Assembly (NCBI GenBank): GCA_050298595.1
Contig: JBNKUM010000115.1
Span: forward strand, 1 to 64,000
Reading direction: 5' to 3'
Length of the DNA: 64,000 bases
From: Gammaproteobacteria bacterium
Lineage (GTDB): Bacteria; Pseudomonadota; Gammaproteobacteria; GCA-001735895
The translations under genes were made by a program, and so were the position numbers. Positions 31,277 through 41,868 of the stretch are shown piece after piece. Position 1 is the first letter of the stretch; each line of letters opens with the position of its first letter. Below the pieces are notes generated by a model that was given only the letters and a program-made list of their open reading frames with translations, made no database searches and was not told the origin of the DNA.

Positions 31277-33145
31277 ATGTCATTCAAAGTACGTTTAATC
31301 AGTTTTATCTCTATAGCCATCGCCCTGGTGATGGCTGTTTTTTTTACAATTACTTATTTCTCTCTAGACATTGCACAGCAGCGTTTCGGGGAGGAGGCGA
31401 TCAGAGGCAAGAGTGTACTTTGGCAAAAGGTTATACAGGTCGAACTCGACCAGATGGAGGCATCTACCAGTAGCCTGACCCGCTCCAGAGATGCATTGAA
31501 AGCGTTGAACAAGATTGAGATGACAGCACTGTCGGATGCCACGCTACCGACTTATAATCGCCTGAGTGCTTCCCATGTTATAACTCGCCTGCAAATAGCC
31601 AATACTTCTGGACAGGTAGTTTTCTCGGCTCCAGAGACTTTTTCGGGTTCCTCCTCCAAAAACCTTATCGGTAAAGCATTGGCAGAAAAGAAAATATTTA
31701 AAGGCGTTGAACGTGATGACGATGGTCTGATTGTAGCTGAAATATCCTTCCCATTATATTTTCGTGGGAAGCTGGTAGGTGTAGGTATTTATATGGTCGA
31801 CCTGGCGACAGCGATGGAAAAGTTCAAACAGGCCGATGGCTCAGATTTCCATCTGTTTTCAGATAGCAAAAATCTGGAATACAGCTCAAACCCCGATCAG
31901 TTTAATCTGATTAGTGAGTATGTCGACTTTTCCAGCCAGTCCAGGCAGTTCAAGTATGACAACCATGGATTACTTATGAGTCTCGTACAGTTTCCTTTAT
32001 CCGATGAAAGTGGTAATCATATTGCTAATCTTGCCTCTGCGACCGATTATACTGAGAGTTATCTTCGCCAGTCCCGAGTCTATACGACGGGTATCATTGC
32101 AGGATTGGTTGCATTTGCGGTCGGCATCCTACTCATTTACTACTTTATTCAACACTCGTTCAAACCTATGAACAGAATCCTGACGGTGATTGAAAATATC
32201 GCTGTCGGTAATCTAACGGATGAAGTGATAGTAAAATCCAACGATGAATTTGGTCGTGTCATGAAAGGCTTACAGGATATGCAAAGCAAACTTAAAGGTA
32301 TGATCGACGATATCAACCTGGCAAGTCAGCAGATAGACTCATCGGCCGAACATCTGGAAACCGTTACCAATGAATCGAGTAAGCGGGTGAATACTCAAAG
32401 CCAGATTACCGACCAACTGGTGAATGATATTGATCAGTTAATCAACGCCTCTAATAATGTCACCCAGGCAGCAACTGAAGCCAATAGTGAAACCAGTGGT
32501 GCCGTTAACGAAGTCAGTAATGGTCGCAATATCATTACCGATGGAGTGAAAGCAATACAGAATATCTCTGATCAGGTACATCGAGCAGAAGAAGTGGTGA
32601 AAAGTGTACAGAATGAAACACAGAATATTGGCTCAGTGCTGGATGTCATCAAGGGTATTGCCGAACAGACCAACCTGCTGGCGTTGAATGCTGCTATAGA
32701 AGCAGCGCGCGCTGGTGAACAGGGGCGTGGATTTTCTGTAGTGGCGGATGAGGTTAGAACCCTCGCCAGCCGGACCTCACAGTCCACTCAGGAGATTGAA
32801 GCTATGATAGAAAGCCTGCAGGCAGGGTCTGCAGATGCAGTAGAAAAAATGCAGGGCAGTATCAAAATGGTTGAAAAGGGTGTGGAAATAGTCAATCTTG
32901 CCGATCAATCCTTTGACACTATCGCCCAGTCGATGACCTCTATCAGCGCAAAGAACGAAAGTATATCTAGCGCTTCAGAAAACCAGATGTCTATATCACG
33001 TACCATGCATGATAATGTCCAGACTATATCTTCTGCTACCAATTCAACATTGGAAGGCAATCAAATAACTGTGACCTCCACCGAAGAATTAATAGCGCTG
33101 GCAGAAAAACTGAAGCAGAAGGTTAAACAGTTTACTACCTCCTGA
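31277..33145 (+). CDS. Methyl-accepting chemotaxis protein with a large periplasmic (Cache-like) sensor domain
   Basis: Two TM segments, [38 protein letters not shown]. Confidence 0.95.
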   Translation: MSFKVRLISFISIAIALVMAVFFTITYFSLDIAQQRFGEEAIRGKSVLWQKVIQVELDQMEASTSSLTRSRDALKALNKIEMTALSDATLPTYNRLSASHVITRLQIANTSGQVVFSAPETFSGSSSKNLIGKALAEKKIFKGVERDDDGLIVAEISFPLYFRGKLVGVGIYMVDLATAMEKFKQADGSDFHLFSDSKNLEYSSNPDQFNLISEYVDFSSQSRQFKYDNHGLLMSLVQFPLSDESGNHIANLASATDYTESYLRQSRVYTTGIIAGLVAFAVGILLIYYFIQHSFKPMNRILTVIENIAVGNLTDEVIVKSNDEFGRVMKGLQDMQSKLKGMIDDINLASQQIDSSAEHLETVTNESSKRVNTQSQITDQLVNDIDQLINASNNVTQAATEANSETSGAVNEVSNGRNIITDGVKAIQNISDQVHRAEEVVKSVQNETQNIGSVLDVIKGIAEQTNLLALNAAIEAARAGEQGRGFSVVADEVRTLASRTSQSTQEIEAMIESLQAGSADAVEKMQGSIKMVEKGVEIVNLADQSFDTIAQSMTSISAKNESISSASENQMSISRTMHDNVQTISSATNSTLEGNQITVTSTEELIALAEKLKQKVKQFTTS

Positions 33146-33252
33146 CAGGTATTTCGCTAGCTTACAGATATATAAGTTACTTATTTCGATCAGCTGATCA
33201 TTACAGATACAAAACACCTTGTAGTGACGACTAATTACAGATTTAATTCTGC

Positions 33253-35064
33253 TTAAAAAGAAGAAAGCGTACTAGCAATTTCTTTCATATTGCTTGCACG
33301 CATTCCATATCGAAATTCGTATTTTTTATAAATTACTTCAATAATACTTGTGAGAAAATATTCATCTCCTTTATTGAATTCACCCTGCCCTAAGGTTTTT
33401 CTAATATCAGCCAACTCTCTTGAAAAAAAATATAATTGGGCGTTGTGTAAAGATTCAAGAGAGTCGAGAACATCTTCAGCTGATTCCGCATCTATTAAAA
33501 ACGAGTAGTCAGTTATATTGCTAAATAGCTTATTGATTTCATTAGGTGTTGCTTTTAATTTTTCCCAGAACCTCTTGCGTAGCTTACGGTCACAATCTTT
33601 TACATAGCTGCTGTTTAGATTTAATGTCAGTTTAAATAACGCATTACTTTTTGGATACCTTCCAACATGTAAGTTCAGATAGTCTAAATCCATGACATCC
33701 ATTTTCTTATCTGAATATAATCTATAAATTACAGATTTAATCTTACTTTCTACCTCATCTGAATCCAGCTCTATCACTCCCTTTTCAATATCATTTAATA
33801 TCCTCTCCGCTAAAAGCAACAGGGTTGCTGGATTAGTTATCGCTTCTTCATCTAACATTTTTCTAATTATTTTGTTTAGTAACTCTATAGCCTCTTCTTC
33901 ATCAAGCTGATGAAAATTGAAAGTATCAAGATAATGCTCATAAAACTTTTCATCTACCCAGGTATTAAAGTTATCCTCAAAATCTCTGTCTATATAGAAC
34001 CCGTTTTCTATAATACTAAAGATACCTTTTAACGAAATTTCATCTAACCTATAGAATATCGTATCCAGAAGTAGCTTTGATTTCTCTGTTAAATACACAG
34101 GTGAGTTCTTATCGAAATAACCAATTTTATTCAGCAAACTAAATCCATTGCTTTCCCGATAATCTCCAGAAATTAATACGGACCTTTCTTTTTCATGGAC
34201 AAAATGTTTTTTCAGTAATATCAATGCCGATAGCAGGGTTAAAAAATAGGTGAATGATAATCTTATAGAAACTTGAAATTCTTTTTCATGATGGCAATAA
34301 ATATACTCATAAAGCTGTATTGCTTCAGAAATTGTCCGTATGTTTTTTTCGCTTACTTTATTTAAAAAATTAAGCAGTGGATCAATATTTCTATACAGCA
34401 AAGTATTTATAAATTTTTTGGAATCTTTATTTTTATAGTCTATTAGCCCCATGGCTATTTCAATTCTGGAAACGCTTGTATTTTCAAATTTATAAATATG
34501 CCTTATCGTTTTCTCTCTTGCCTTTACCAGGTTCTGTATTCCATCCTCATTCAAGGCATTCAGATTCCCTAAAATAATGCATTTTATATTTTCATGTTCT
34601 ACCAGTTTATTGATATAGGATAAACAGACATTTAAATCGCCTACCCATCTTTCCAGGTCGTCAATGCACAAAACAATTTTGAACAACTGCTTATCAAAAT
34701 CTCTATATTTCTTTAGAATGAACTGTACAGCATAACCAACCCCTCCCAACCTGGCTCCCTTCAACAAATCACCGCTAAAATAATCCCCATCTGAAAAGTA
34801 ACTATTTTTTGTATTCGTGCTTATTAAGAAACTTTTATAAATCTCATTCTCGATATCAGATATTGTGCTTAATCCGAAAAGTGATATATGAAAATAATCT
34901 ATGGTTTCGATACCAGGCAAAATAACATTATTGATTAAATAGGTCTTACCCACACCCCAATCGCCATCTAGAACAATGGCATGCTGTGAATAATTCTGCT
35001 TTAAATACAGATCAATAGCCTGGCTTAACTGCTCTTTAGTCAGCATATAAGTTTTCTCCTCCAA
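33253..35064 (-). CDS. KAP-family P-loop NTPase
   Basis: Walker A GDWGVGKT, ISLFG, Walker B LCIDDLER, REKTI; visibly AT-rich. Confidence 0.85.
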   Translation of the reverse strand: MEEKTYMLTKEQLSQAIDLYLKQNYSQHAIVLDGDWGVGKTYLINNVILPGIETIDYFHISLFGLSTISDIENEIYKSFLISTNTKNSYFSDGDYFSGDLLKGARLGGVGYAVQFILKKYRDFDKQLFKIVLCIDDLERWVGDLNVCLSYINKLVEHENIKCIILGNLNALNEDGIQNLVKAREKTIRHIYKFENTSVSRIEIAMGLIDYKNKDSKKFINTLLYRNIDPLLNFLNKVSEKNIRTISEAIQLYEYIYCHHEKEFQVSIRLSFTYFLTLLSALILLKKHFVHEKERSVLISGDYRESNGFSLLNKIGYFDKNSPVYLTEKSKLLLDTIFYRLDEISLKGIFSIIENGFYIDRDFEDNFNTWVDEKFYEHYLDTFNFHQLDEEEAIELLNKIIRKMLDEEAITNPATLLLLAERILNDIEKGVIELDSDEVESKIKSVIYRLYSDKKMDVMDLDYLNLHVGRYPKSNALFKLTLNLNSSYVKDCDRKLRKRFWEKLKATPNEINKLFSNITDYSFLIDAESAEDVLDSLESLHNAQLYFFSRELADIRKTLGQGEFNKGDEYFLTSIIEVIYKKYEFRYGMRASNMKEIASTLSSF

Positions 35065-35299
35065 AGATTGGCAGAGGGTTTAAACTACTACTGAAATAGT
35101 ATTCCATTGTATGCCTCGATATTTTCCCGGCAATCAAGTCTGTCGTGTTCAGCACTGTGTTATATCTGTTGGCCACAGTAACCCATTAGCCGGTTATCAA
35201 CTGGCTAGTCGAATACTGTTAAACCCTCAACCGGCACGCAATCCATGAATACAGGGTATAGATGTTGCTCAATCAGTGGCTAATGCTTTTCCTGATAAC

Positions 35300-35770
35300 T
35301 TAAATTTGGTTGCTGTAGTGTCCTCGTCTTACACCACTTTGCAAAGCCTTGAAGTCATTTCCACTGAGTTGTACCAGGTTCTCATGGTCGCCAGCTTCTA
35401 AATATACATTTGCAAGGCTGGTAAGCGACTCATCCAGGAAAGTCTCAATCTGATAGGCCTGTCCGATTGGTGGCACGGCACCGGGCTCGCAGTCGGGTAG
35501 TAATGAGGCGAATTCATCCTCTTCTACAAGTTTCAACTCCCGATCAAGCTCCCTGCGTAAATGCTTCATATCTATATAGTTAACTGCTGGTACCAGTACC
35601 ATTGCATAGCCCAGATCATCCTTAACCATTACACCCTTGGCGATGTGATCCTCTCGTACATGAGCGGCCTGGGCTGTTTCGTGGCTGGAACCTGAGTGTG
35701 GGTGCGAGACCAGATCGTAGTGTATTGACTTCTGTGACAGATAATTCTTTACGGTTTCTGCTATAGCCAT
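35300..35770 (-). CDS. YbaK/EbsC aminoacyl-tRNA deacylase family protein
   Basis: IAKGVMV, DCEPGAVPPIG, EAGDH; GGAG RBS before ATG 35770. Confidence 0.88.
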   Translation of the reverse strand: MAIAETVKNYLSQKSIHYDLVSHPHSGSSHETAQAAHVREDHIAKGVMVKDDLGYAMVLVPAVNYIDMKHLRRELDRELKLVEEDEFASLLPDCEPGAVPPIGQAYQIETFLDESLTSLANVYLEAGDHENLVQLSGNDFKALQSGVRRGHYSNQI

Positions 35771-35947
35771 AGCTGTTCTCCTTAGTTTGATTAAAAAAAT
35801 CACAACAGCACTTATAGTCTAGTCCATTTACACCCTTCTGAAAGGCGAGGGAGATCAAATAGCGACCAAATAAATTAATTTTACCCCCGAAATGAAAAAA
35901 TCGATAAAATCGTTGCATTGAATCAATCTAAATCCCCCAAATAAACT

Positions 35948-36640
35948 ATGAACACCTTCAAAACCATCCATAACCGAGCCATTAACAGAAAAGGAGGCAA
36001 TGATGTTCTGGAATCTCTGCTACCTGAAGTTGTAACACCAAAAGCACTGTCTGAAAAACCGGATAGCTACTTTTTAGCCGAAATGACTCGCGGAATTTTT
36101 CAGTCAGGTTTTGTTTGGTCAGTGATCAATAAAAAATGGCCAACATTCGAGGAAGCCTTTTTTAATTTTAATCTAACGAAATTAATGAAGCTTTCTGATG
36201 ATGACTGGGAGGGCTATATGCAGGACACGAGAATTGTACGAAATCGTCAAAAAATTAAAGCCTTAAGGCATAATCTCTGGTTCGTCAATGATACCGCGAA
36301 TGAGCACCATGGCTTCGGTCAATTCCTGGCTGACTGGCCAACTAGCGATCTGGTGGGTTTATTTCGTTATCTTAAAAACAGAGGCAGTAGACTGGGCGGT
36401 AACACCGGTCAGTATTTTCTGCAGCGCGTTGGAGCTGATAGCTTTGCGCTCACTCATGATGTTGTCCTTTGCCTGAAGATGCATGGACTGGAAATCTCCG
36501 ACAATCCATCAAGCCAGAAAGACCTGAAGCTTATTCAACAAACCTTTAACCAGTTTCATGAGGAAACAGGTCTCCCCTATCGTCAGTTGAGCATGATCAT
36601 GGCTTATTCTGTCGGTGAGAATATGGTTCAACCTGATTGA
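35948..36640 (+). CDS. DNA-3-methyladenine glycosylase I (Tag)-like protein
   Basis: IFQSGFVWSVINKKWPTFEEAF, IVRNRQKI, GSRLGGNTG. Confidence 0.85.
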   Translation: MNTFKTIHNRAINRKGGNDVLESLLPEVVTPKALSEKPDSYFLAEMTRGIFQSGFVWSVINKKWPTFEEAFFNFNLTKLMKLSDDDWEGYMQDTRIVRNRQKIKALRHNLWFVNDTANEHHGFGQFLADWPTSDLVGLFRYLKNRGSRLGGNTGQYFLQRVGADSFALTHDVVLCLKMHGLEISDNPSSQKDLKLIQQTFNQFHEETGLPYRQLSMIMAYSVGENMVQPD

Positions 36641-36647
36641 GGAACGT

Positions 36648-37715
36648 ATGGATAAGCTGGAAAGGTTAGGCTACAGCGACTGGTTTAAAAGTCGACTAGA
36701 TACTGAAATGATAGCGGCTCATGAGTTAGCTAGGGTCGTTTCAGTGCATAAGGATAGCTTCATTATAACTAATGGGAGTAGTGAGGTATTCGCGCAGCTA
36801 TCAGGGCATCTTTCATATACAGCAGATTCTCCGGTTGATTTACCTACCACGGGAGACTGGATATATGCCGATTTCTATGACGATGATACTCACGCCATTA
36901 TTCATGCTGTAGTAGCCAGAAAAACACTTTTAAAACGAAAAACTGCCGGAAAGCGGGTCGATTACCAGTTAATAGCAGCGAATATAGACGTTGCCTTTAT
37001 CATCCAGTCTGTCGATTACAATTTTAATCTTAGCCGCCTCGAACGCTATCTGGTGATGGTCCATGAAAGCGAAATCACTCCGCTAATTTTACTCAGTAAA
37101 TGTGACCTTATATCTCAAGCTGAGGTTGATGATATAAAGCAGAGCATCCTGGCTATTGCCCCGCAGACTACGGTATTGGCGTTCAGTAATTTAAGTGGTG
37201 ACAATATTGATACGATTAAGGATTCACTATCCCCTGCAAATACCTACTGCCTGCTCGGGTCCTCGGGCGTTGGAAAGACAACATTATTAAACAGCATCCT
37301 GGGGCGTGCAGACTACGAAACGCAATCCGTAAGCAAAAAAGAAAACAAGGGTCGCCACACGACAACAAGCCGAGAATTAATCCTGTTAGATAATGGTGCA
37401 ATGATAATAGACACCCCAGGAATGAGAGAGCTTGGTAACCTGTCTGTCGATAGCGGTATTGACGAAACATTTTCAGATATTCTTGAGCTTACCCAGAGTT
37501 GTAAGTTTACCAATTGCTCACATAGCAACGAAAAAGGCTGCGCCATACTGGCGGCTATCAATGCAGGTGAGCTTTCTGAAAAACATTACCGAAATTATTT
37601 AAAAATGAAGAATGAGTCGGCTTTCAACGAAATGTCTTATTCTGAAAAAAGAAAGAAGGATAAAGACTTTGGGAAATTAATTAAAACCATCATGAAGAAT
37701 AAAAATAAAAGATAG
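36648..37715 (+). CDS. rsgA: RsgA-family circularly permuted GTPase (probable paralogue)
   Basis: RLERYL, SKCD, GSSGVGKT, GRHTTT, DTPG, CKFTNCSHSNEKGC. Confidence 0.9.
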   Translation: MDKLERLGYSDWFKSRLDTEMIAAHELARVVSVHKDSFIITNGSSEVFAQLSGHLSYTADSPVDLPTTGDWIYADFYDDDTHAIIHAVVARKTLLKRKTAGKRVDYQLIAANIDVAFIIQSVDYNFNLSRLERYLVMVHESEITPLILLSKCDLISQAEVDDIKQSILAIAPQTTVLAFSNLSGDNIDTIKDSLSPANTYCLLGSSGVGKTTLLNSILGRADYETQSVSKKENKGRHTTTSRELILLDNGAMIIDTPGMRELGNLSVDSGIDETFSDILELTQSCKFTNCSHSNEKGCAILAAINAGELSEKHYRNYLKMKNESAFNEMSYSEKRKKDKDFGKLIKTIMKNKNKR

Positions 37716-37777
37716 TGCCTGAAGCACAAGCTGCTAACACCTGAAACTCAGAAGCAACCAGTTAAATTTATAATTGA

Positions 37778-39079
37778 TTAATTTCGGCGCGATAGCATCG
37801 CAAACGCAGTAACTAAAAGCGCCGCCGCTAATAAACCCACTGCCACTAATATATTATTTAACCACTGCGGAGCTACCACCAGAATCACACCCAGTCCCAG
37901 CATCATGCTGCCGGACATCAACTTAAGCGCCCTCCCTTCATGCTCTTTTAACTTACGTGAGCCAAGGGTAAAGATAAATATCAGAGTAATCACCAATAGC
38001 GGAACCACATAGATGACATTGTAAGCCAGCAGGTAGAGATAATATTCGCTGTCAGACAATTGATGTAAGGTTAATGCACGCGTATACACCATGGGGAACC
38101 CGGCAGTGCATAACAGTTCATAGCTATTAGCAACCACCGCCAGAACGATGGTTCCTGAAATCATCGTGGGCAGGCTGTCGACACTGAGCAATCCACGCAT
38201 ACGTTGAAACAGATCCGGCTTTGCAGACTCAGGGATCGATAGCGTTACGCCCTGATGAAGGTGGAAATAATCTTTAATATTGAGGGCAGCGATGACTATA
38301 GCAATTACTCCAGCTGTCAGCGTGATCCAGCGTGCATCACCTATCAGCATAAACAGGTTCAGCCAGGCAGCCATAAACAGAAAATATATCAGCCCTGAAA
38401 CACTAATGAACAAGCCTCCTATCAAAGCCATGCGCCTTCGATTACGAGCATGTACCAGCAGGCTGAGCAGGAATAACAATACAAAGAAAGCACAAGGATT
38501 GAAAGAATCCAGGCCTGCCAGCACCAGAGTTAGCAAGGGTAGCGACAGATCCTGAGTATCAACTACACCAAAACCTGGCAGGTTAACCAGATTGTCTTCT
38601 TTTAGCACAGGTGCCTGCGCAGCTTGATTCGGGCTAAGCCCCTGATAAAACTGATGACAGCTATCCAGCATCTGGCGTAATTGCGCTGGAGTCGTCGTCT
38701 CATCAAACCCCACTCTCATTACCCCGCAAAATAAAAATCCGGGGACACTGCTAGCATCCTGCCCCAATATTTCAGCCATTTTTATATATAGCTCCTTATT
38801 GGCTTTTTCTTCAATGGGGAAAGAGTGCAAGCTGAGCCAGGGAGTCTCTAGCCCGATCTGCTCTATGACTGGACGCGCCAGCGTGCAATGTGGACAAGTT
38901 TTGGACCAGAAGAAATACAATGCGATCCTGGCATTACCCCTACCATCAGTAGTGGCCCAAATAATCTGGTTATCAAAGCTAAAATAGGGCCCTTTCAGAT
39001 CATCATTTGTCTGTGCCAGGCAGGGAATGAATAACAGGAAAGTCAGCAGGAATAGTATGGAATGTAGTATGCGTCTCAT
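37778..39079 (-). CDS. Thioredoxin-like CxxC domain fused to a CcdA/DsbD-like transmembrane domain
   Basis: FWSKTCPHC, DSFNPCAFFVL, ELLCTAGFP, multiple TM segments. Confidence 0.8.
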   Translation of the reverse strand: MRRILHSILFLLTFLLFIPCLAQTNDDLKGPYFSFDNQIIWATTDGRGNARIALYFFWSKTCPHCTLARPVIEQIGLETPWLSLHSFPIEEKANKELYIKMAEILGQDASSVPGFLFCGVMRVGFDETTTPAQLRQMLDSCHQFYQGLSPNQAAQAPVLKEDNLVNLPGFGVVDTQDLSLPLLTLVLAGLDSFNPCAFFVLLFLLSLLVHARNRRRMALIGGLFISVSGLIYFLFMAAWLNLFMLIGDARWITLTAGVIAIVIAALNIKDYFHLHQGVTLSIPESAKPDLFQRMRGLLSVDSLPTMISGTIVLAVVANSYELLCTAGFPMVYTRALTLHQLSDSEYYLYLLAYNVIYVVPLLVITLIFIFTLGSRKLKEHEGRALKLMSGSMMLGLGVILVVAPQWLNNILVAVGLLAAALLVTAFAMLSRRN

Positions 39080-39270
39080 GAGATATCCGTAACAAGATGA
39101 AAACGACACTGTCAATAATACTCGCAACCTCTAGACAGATCGAGCAACTAGGTAAGATATTGCCAAAGTTGACTCCATGGCTGATTTCGATCAATAAACC
39201 AGTCGATAATGCCATCCGCTGTTAAAATAGCATCGGAAATTCATTAATCTATTTTTTTATAGGTGAGCAA

Positions 39271-39600
39271 ATGGGATACATATATTTAGCTATAGCTATA
39301 GTGGCTGAAGTGGTGGCAACAAATGCTTTGAAAGCATCTGAAGGATTTACCAGGATAGGCCCGGTCATTACAGTTATTGTGGGCTACGGCATTGCGTTTT
39401 ACTTCCTGTCTCTGGCGCTTAAAACCATACCCGTGGGTGTTGCTTATGCAATATGGGCAGGGATTGGCATAGTTCTGGTCACAACCGTGGCCGCCGTAAT
39501 ATTCAGGCAAATACCTGATACAGCAGCAATTATTGGTATGGTTTTAATCATCTCTGGTGTGGTGGCGATGAATGTTTTTTCTAAAACCATTGCCCATTGA
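39271..39600 (+). CDS. SMR-family small multidrug efflux transporter (EmrE-like)
   Basis: AIVAEVVAT, KASEGFT, PVGVAYAIWAGIG. Confidence 0.92.
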   Translation: MGYIYLAIAIVAEVVATNALKASEGFTRIGPVITVIVGYGIAFYFLSLALKTIPVGVAYAIWAGIGIVLVTTVAAVIFRQIPDTAAIIGMVLIISGVVAMNVFSKTIAH

Positions 39601-39673
39601 GTATAGAATATTTCCCTCTCGTTTAAGCTATACAGACTGAATAAGCAGCCTGTATAACTGTTGAGTTAAACCA

Positions 39674-40186
39674 TTAGAAACTCCTGATTTTCAGAATTTC
39701 ATCTTCATTGATACCCAGAGACTCAAGAAATTTCTGATGTTCTTCTGGCTCCATTTTTTCAAAATTCTGATGCCACTTGATCATGTCTGCTTCGCTAAAT
39801 CCAGAAGCCTGCATGATTTCTACCCAACGTTGTTTGGTTACCATTTTTTTCTCCAGTAGTTCAGGTTGCTGTAAAAGTGCCACAATGGCACTTTGCTGTT
39901 TGCGGAGCTCCACAATATTTTGCTCAAGTTTTTCAAACTGAGCTTTCAATATCTCGCTTTGACTCACCCCACTATCTCGATCCAGAAGAGCCGTTATTTC
40001 AGCTACCGGAATACCAAACGAGCGATAAGCAATAATATCTTTTAACCGTTTCAGTTCAGCTTCTGCATACCACCTATACCCATTCGTGGAGCGTATAGCA
40101 GGTTTTAACAACCCTTTGCGTTCGTAATAAAGCACAGTGGCGCGAGAGATATTACATTTATTACCCAGTTCAGTAACCGTAAGCAT
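39674..40186 (-). CDS. MerR-family transcriptional regulator
   Basis: TVLYYERKGLL and NGYRWY HTH; C-terminal W..M...G..WH..FE...PEEH..FLESLGI domain. Confidence 0.92.
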   Translation of the reverse strand: MLTVTELGNKCNISRATVLYYERKGLLKPAIRSTNGYRWYAEAELKRLKDIIAYRSFGIPVAEITALLDRDSGVSQSEILKAQFEKLEQNIVELRKQQSAIVALLQQPELLEKKMVTKQRWVEIMQASGFSEADMIKWHQNFEKMEPEEHQKFLESLGINEDEILKIRSF

Positions 40187-40214
40187 TCATTCACCCTTGT
40201 TGAATCGTACATTC

Positions 40215-40245
40215 AGTATCAACCCTGAACTTATAGACGGGTCAA
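40215..40245 (-). promoter_or_regulatory. MerR-type promoter (19-bp spacer with dyad) driving the MerR gene
   Basis: Minus strand reads TTGACC-19 nt-GATACT, with an imperfect dyad ACCC...GGGT across the spacer. Confidence 0.75.
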
Positions 40246-40248
40246 GCA

Positions 40249-41628
40249 TCAGTCAGCAAATAATTTACCTGGATTCATGATCCCTAAAGGATCCAGACAT
40301 TGCTTAATCTGCTTCATCACCACGACACCATCAGGATGCTCCTTAGCCAGAAAATCTATCTTACCCATGCCTATGCCATGCTCTCCCGTACAGGTGCCTT
40401 CCATCGATAGAGCCAGATTGACCAGCTTATGATTGATCGCTTCTGCTTCTGCAATTTCATCAGGATTATTGGCATCAGGTAAAATCAGCAGATGAAAATT
40501 ACCATCACCAACATGTCCTAAAACAGTAGCAGTTAAACTGGTTTGCTCAATCATCTCTTCTGTTTTAGCTATACATTCGGCTAATCTCGAAATCGGGACA
40601 CATACATCGGTGGTCACAGGTCTACATCCGGGACGCGATGAGACGGCTGCCGGGTAAAGGTCATGTCTTGCCTTTAATATCCGGTTACGATCTTCTGTTT
40701 TAGTGGCCCACTCGAAGGACTCCCCACCCTCTTCACTGGCGATCTGCTGCACCTGCTCCGCCTGTTCTTCAACACCAGCACTGGAACCATGAAACTCCAT
40801 AAATAAATGAGGCAATTCAGGATAATTCATTTTGGAGTATTGATTGATAGCTCGTATTGAAGTGCTATCGAGTAATTCCATACGTGCAACAGGAATACCG
40901 TATTGTATCGCCTGTATTACCGTATTTACGGCTGCCTGAATATTGGGAAAGCTGCATACAGCTGAAGATATTGCCTCTTGCAGGCCATGAAGTTTAACGG
41001 TTAACTCGGTGATAACTCCAAGCGTACCTTCAGAGCCGATGAATAAATGTGTAAGGTCGTAACCTGCAGAGGATTTACGCGCACGCCCACCTGTTTTGAT
41101 AATACTGCCATCAGGCAGCACCACAGTAAGCCCACGAACATTTTCACGAATTGTGCCATAGCGAACCGTATTGGTACCGGATGCACCCGTCGCAGCCATA
41201 CCGCCTAAAGTCGCATCAGCACCAGGGTCGACCGAAAAAAACAACCCGGTATCTCGAATTTCATGAGCGAGTTGGTATCGCGTCACACCGGCCTCAACCT
41301 GACAATCCATATCCTCCTTATTCACTCGTAAAATTTGATTCATCTGTGTCAGGTCTATACTCAAACCGCCCTGTAACGCCTGAACATGGCCTTCTATAGA
41401 AGAACCTGCCCCAAAAGGGATAACAGGCAACCGATATTGATGACAGATTTTCAGTGCGTCACTAACCTCTTCCGTACTACGCGCGAATAGCACTGCATCA
41501 GGAGCGTGAGTGTCATGTCCACCTTCATCCCGGCCATGTTGTTCAAGCAAGCTCTGGTTTGTGGTCAACTGATCCCCGAAGCGGGATTGAAGTTGATTTA
41601 ATGCTTGCGATAATTCATCTTGGTTCAT
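40249..41628 (-). CDS. FAD-linked oxidase, D-lactate dehydrogenase (cytochrome)-like
   Basis: DPGADATLGGM, RKSSAGYDL, GSEGTLG, GHVGDGNFH, GEHGIG. Confidence 0.9.
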   Translation of the reverse strand: MNQDELSQALNQLQSRFGDQLTTNQSLLEQHGRDEGGHDTHAPDAVLFARSTEEVSDALKICHQYRLPVIPFGAGSSIEGHVQALQGGLSIDLTQMNQILRVNKEDMDCQVEAGVTRYQLAHEIRDTGLFFSVDPGADATLGGMAATGASGTNTVRYGTIRENVRGLTVVLPDGSIIKTGGRARKSSAGYDLTHLFIGSEGTLGVITELTVKLHGLQEAISSAVCSFPNIQAAVNTVIQAIQYGIPVARMELLDSTSIRAINQYSKMNYPELPHLFMEFHGSSAGVEEQAEQVQQIASEEGGESFEWATKTEDRNRILKARHDLYPAAVSSRPGCRPVTTDVCVPISRLAECIAKTEEMIEQTSLTATVLGHVGDGNFHLLILPDANNPDEIAEAEAINHKLVNLALSMEGTCTGEHGIGMGKIDFLAKEHPDGVVVMKQIKQCLDPLGIMNPGKLFAD

Positions 41629-41868
41629 TTTTTATCCTATTCCTGGAGATTCAATTCGACAGAATTTATCATCTTGCGACACGAGTTCTAACCTTATAAT
41701 TTAATCTCGATGCGAAATTTTCTACCTGCCTGTTTCGCCTTTGTACATGGGACTCTAAAATCACGATTTTTATCTATTCAGTTACCCGTTGATTTACATA
41801 CTTTATGGTATGAATTTACCTGTATAACCCCTTCCTGTCATCTCAATCGAAGCTTCCAACTATCAATA

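Noticed and set aside
35165-35228. Possible attC site upstream of the KAP NTPase
   Set aside because: A hairpin is present (TAGCCGGTT/AACTGGCTA), but the flanking TAAC and GTTAAAC boxes are not complementary. A plain stem-loop is more likely.
39271-39600. SMR gene as an integron-borne qacE
   Set aside because: No intI, attC or sul1 context; it looks like an ordinary chromosomal SMR gene.
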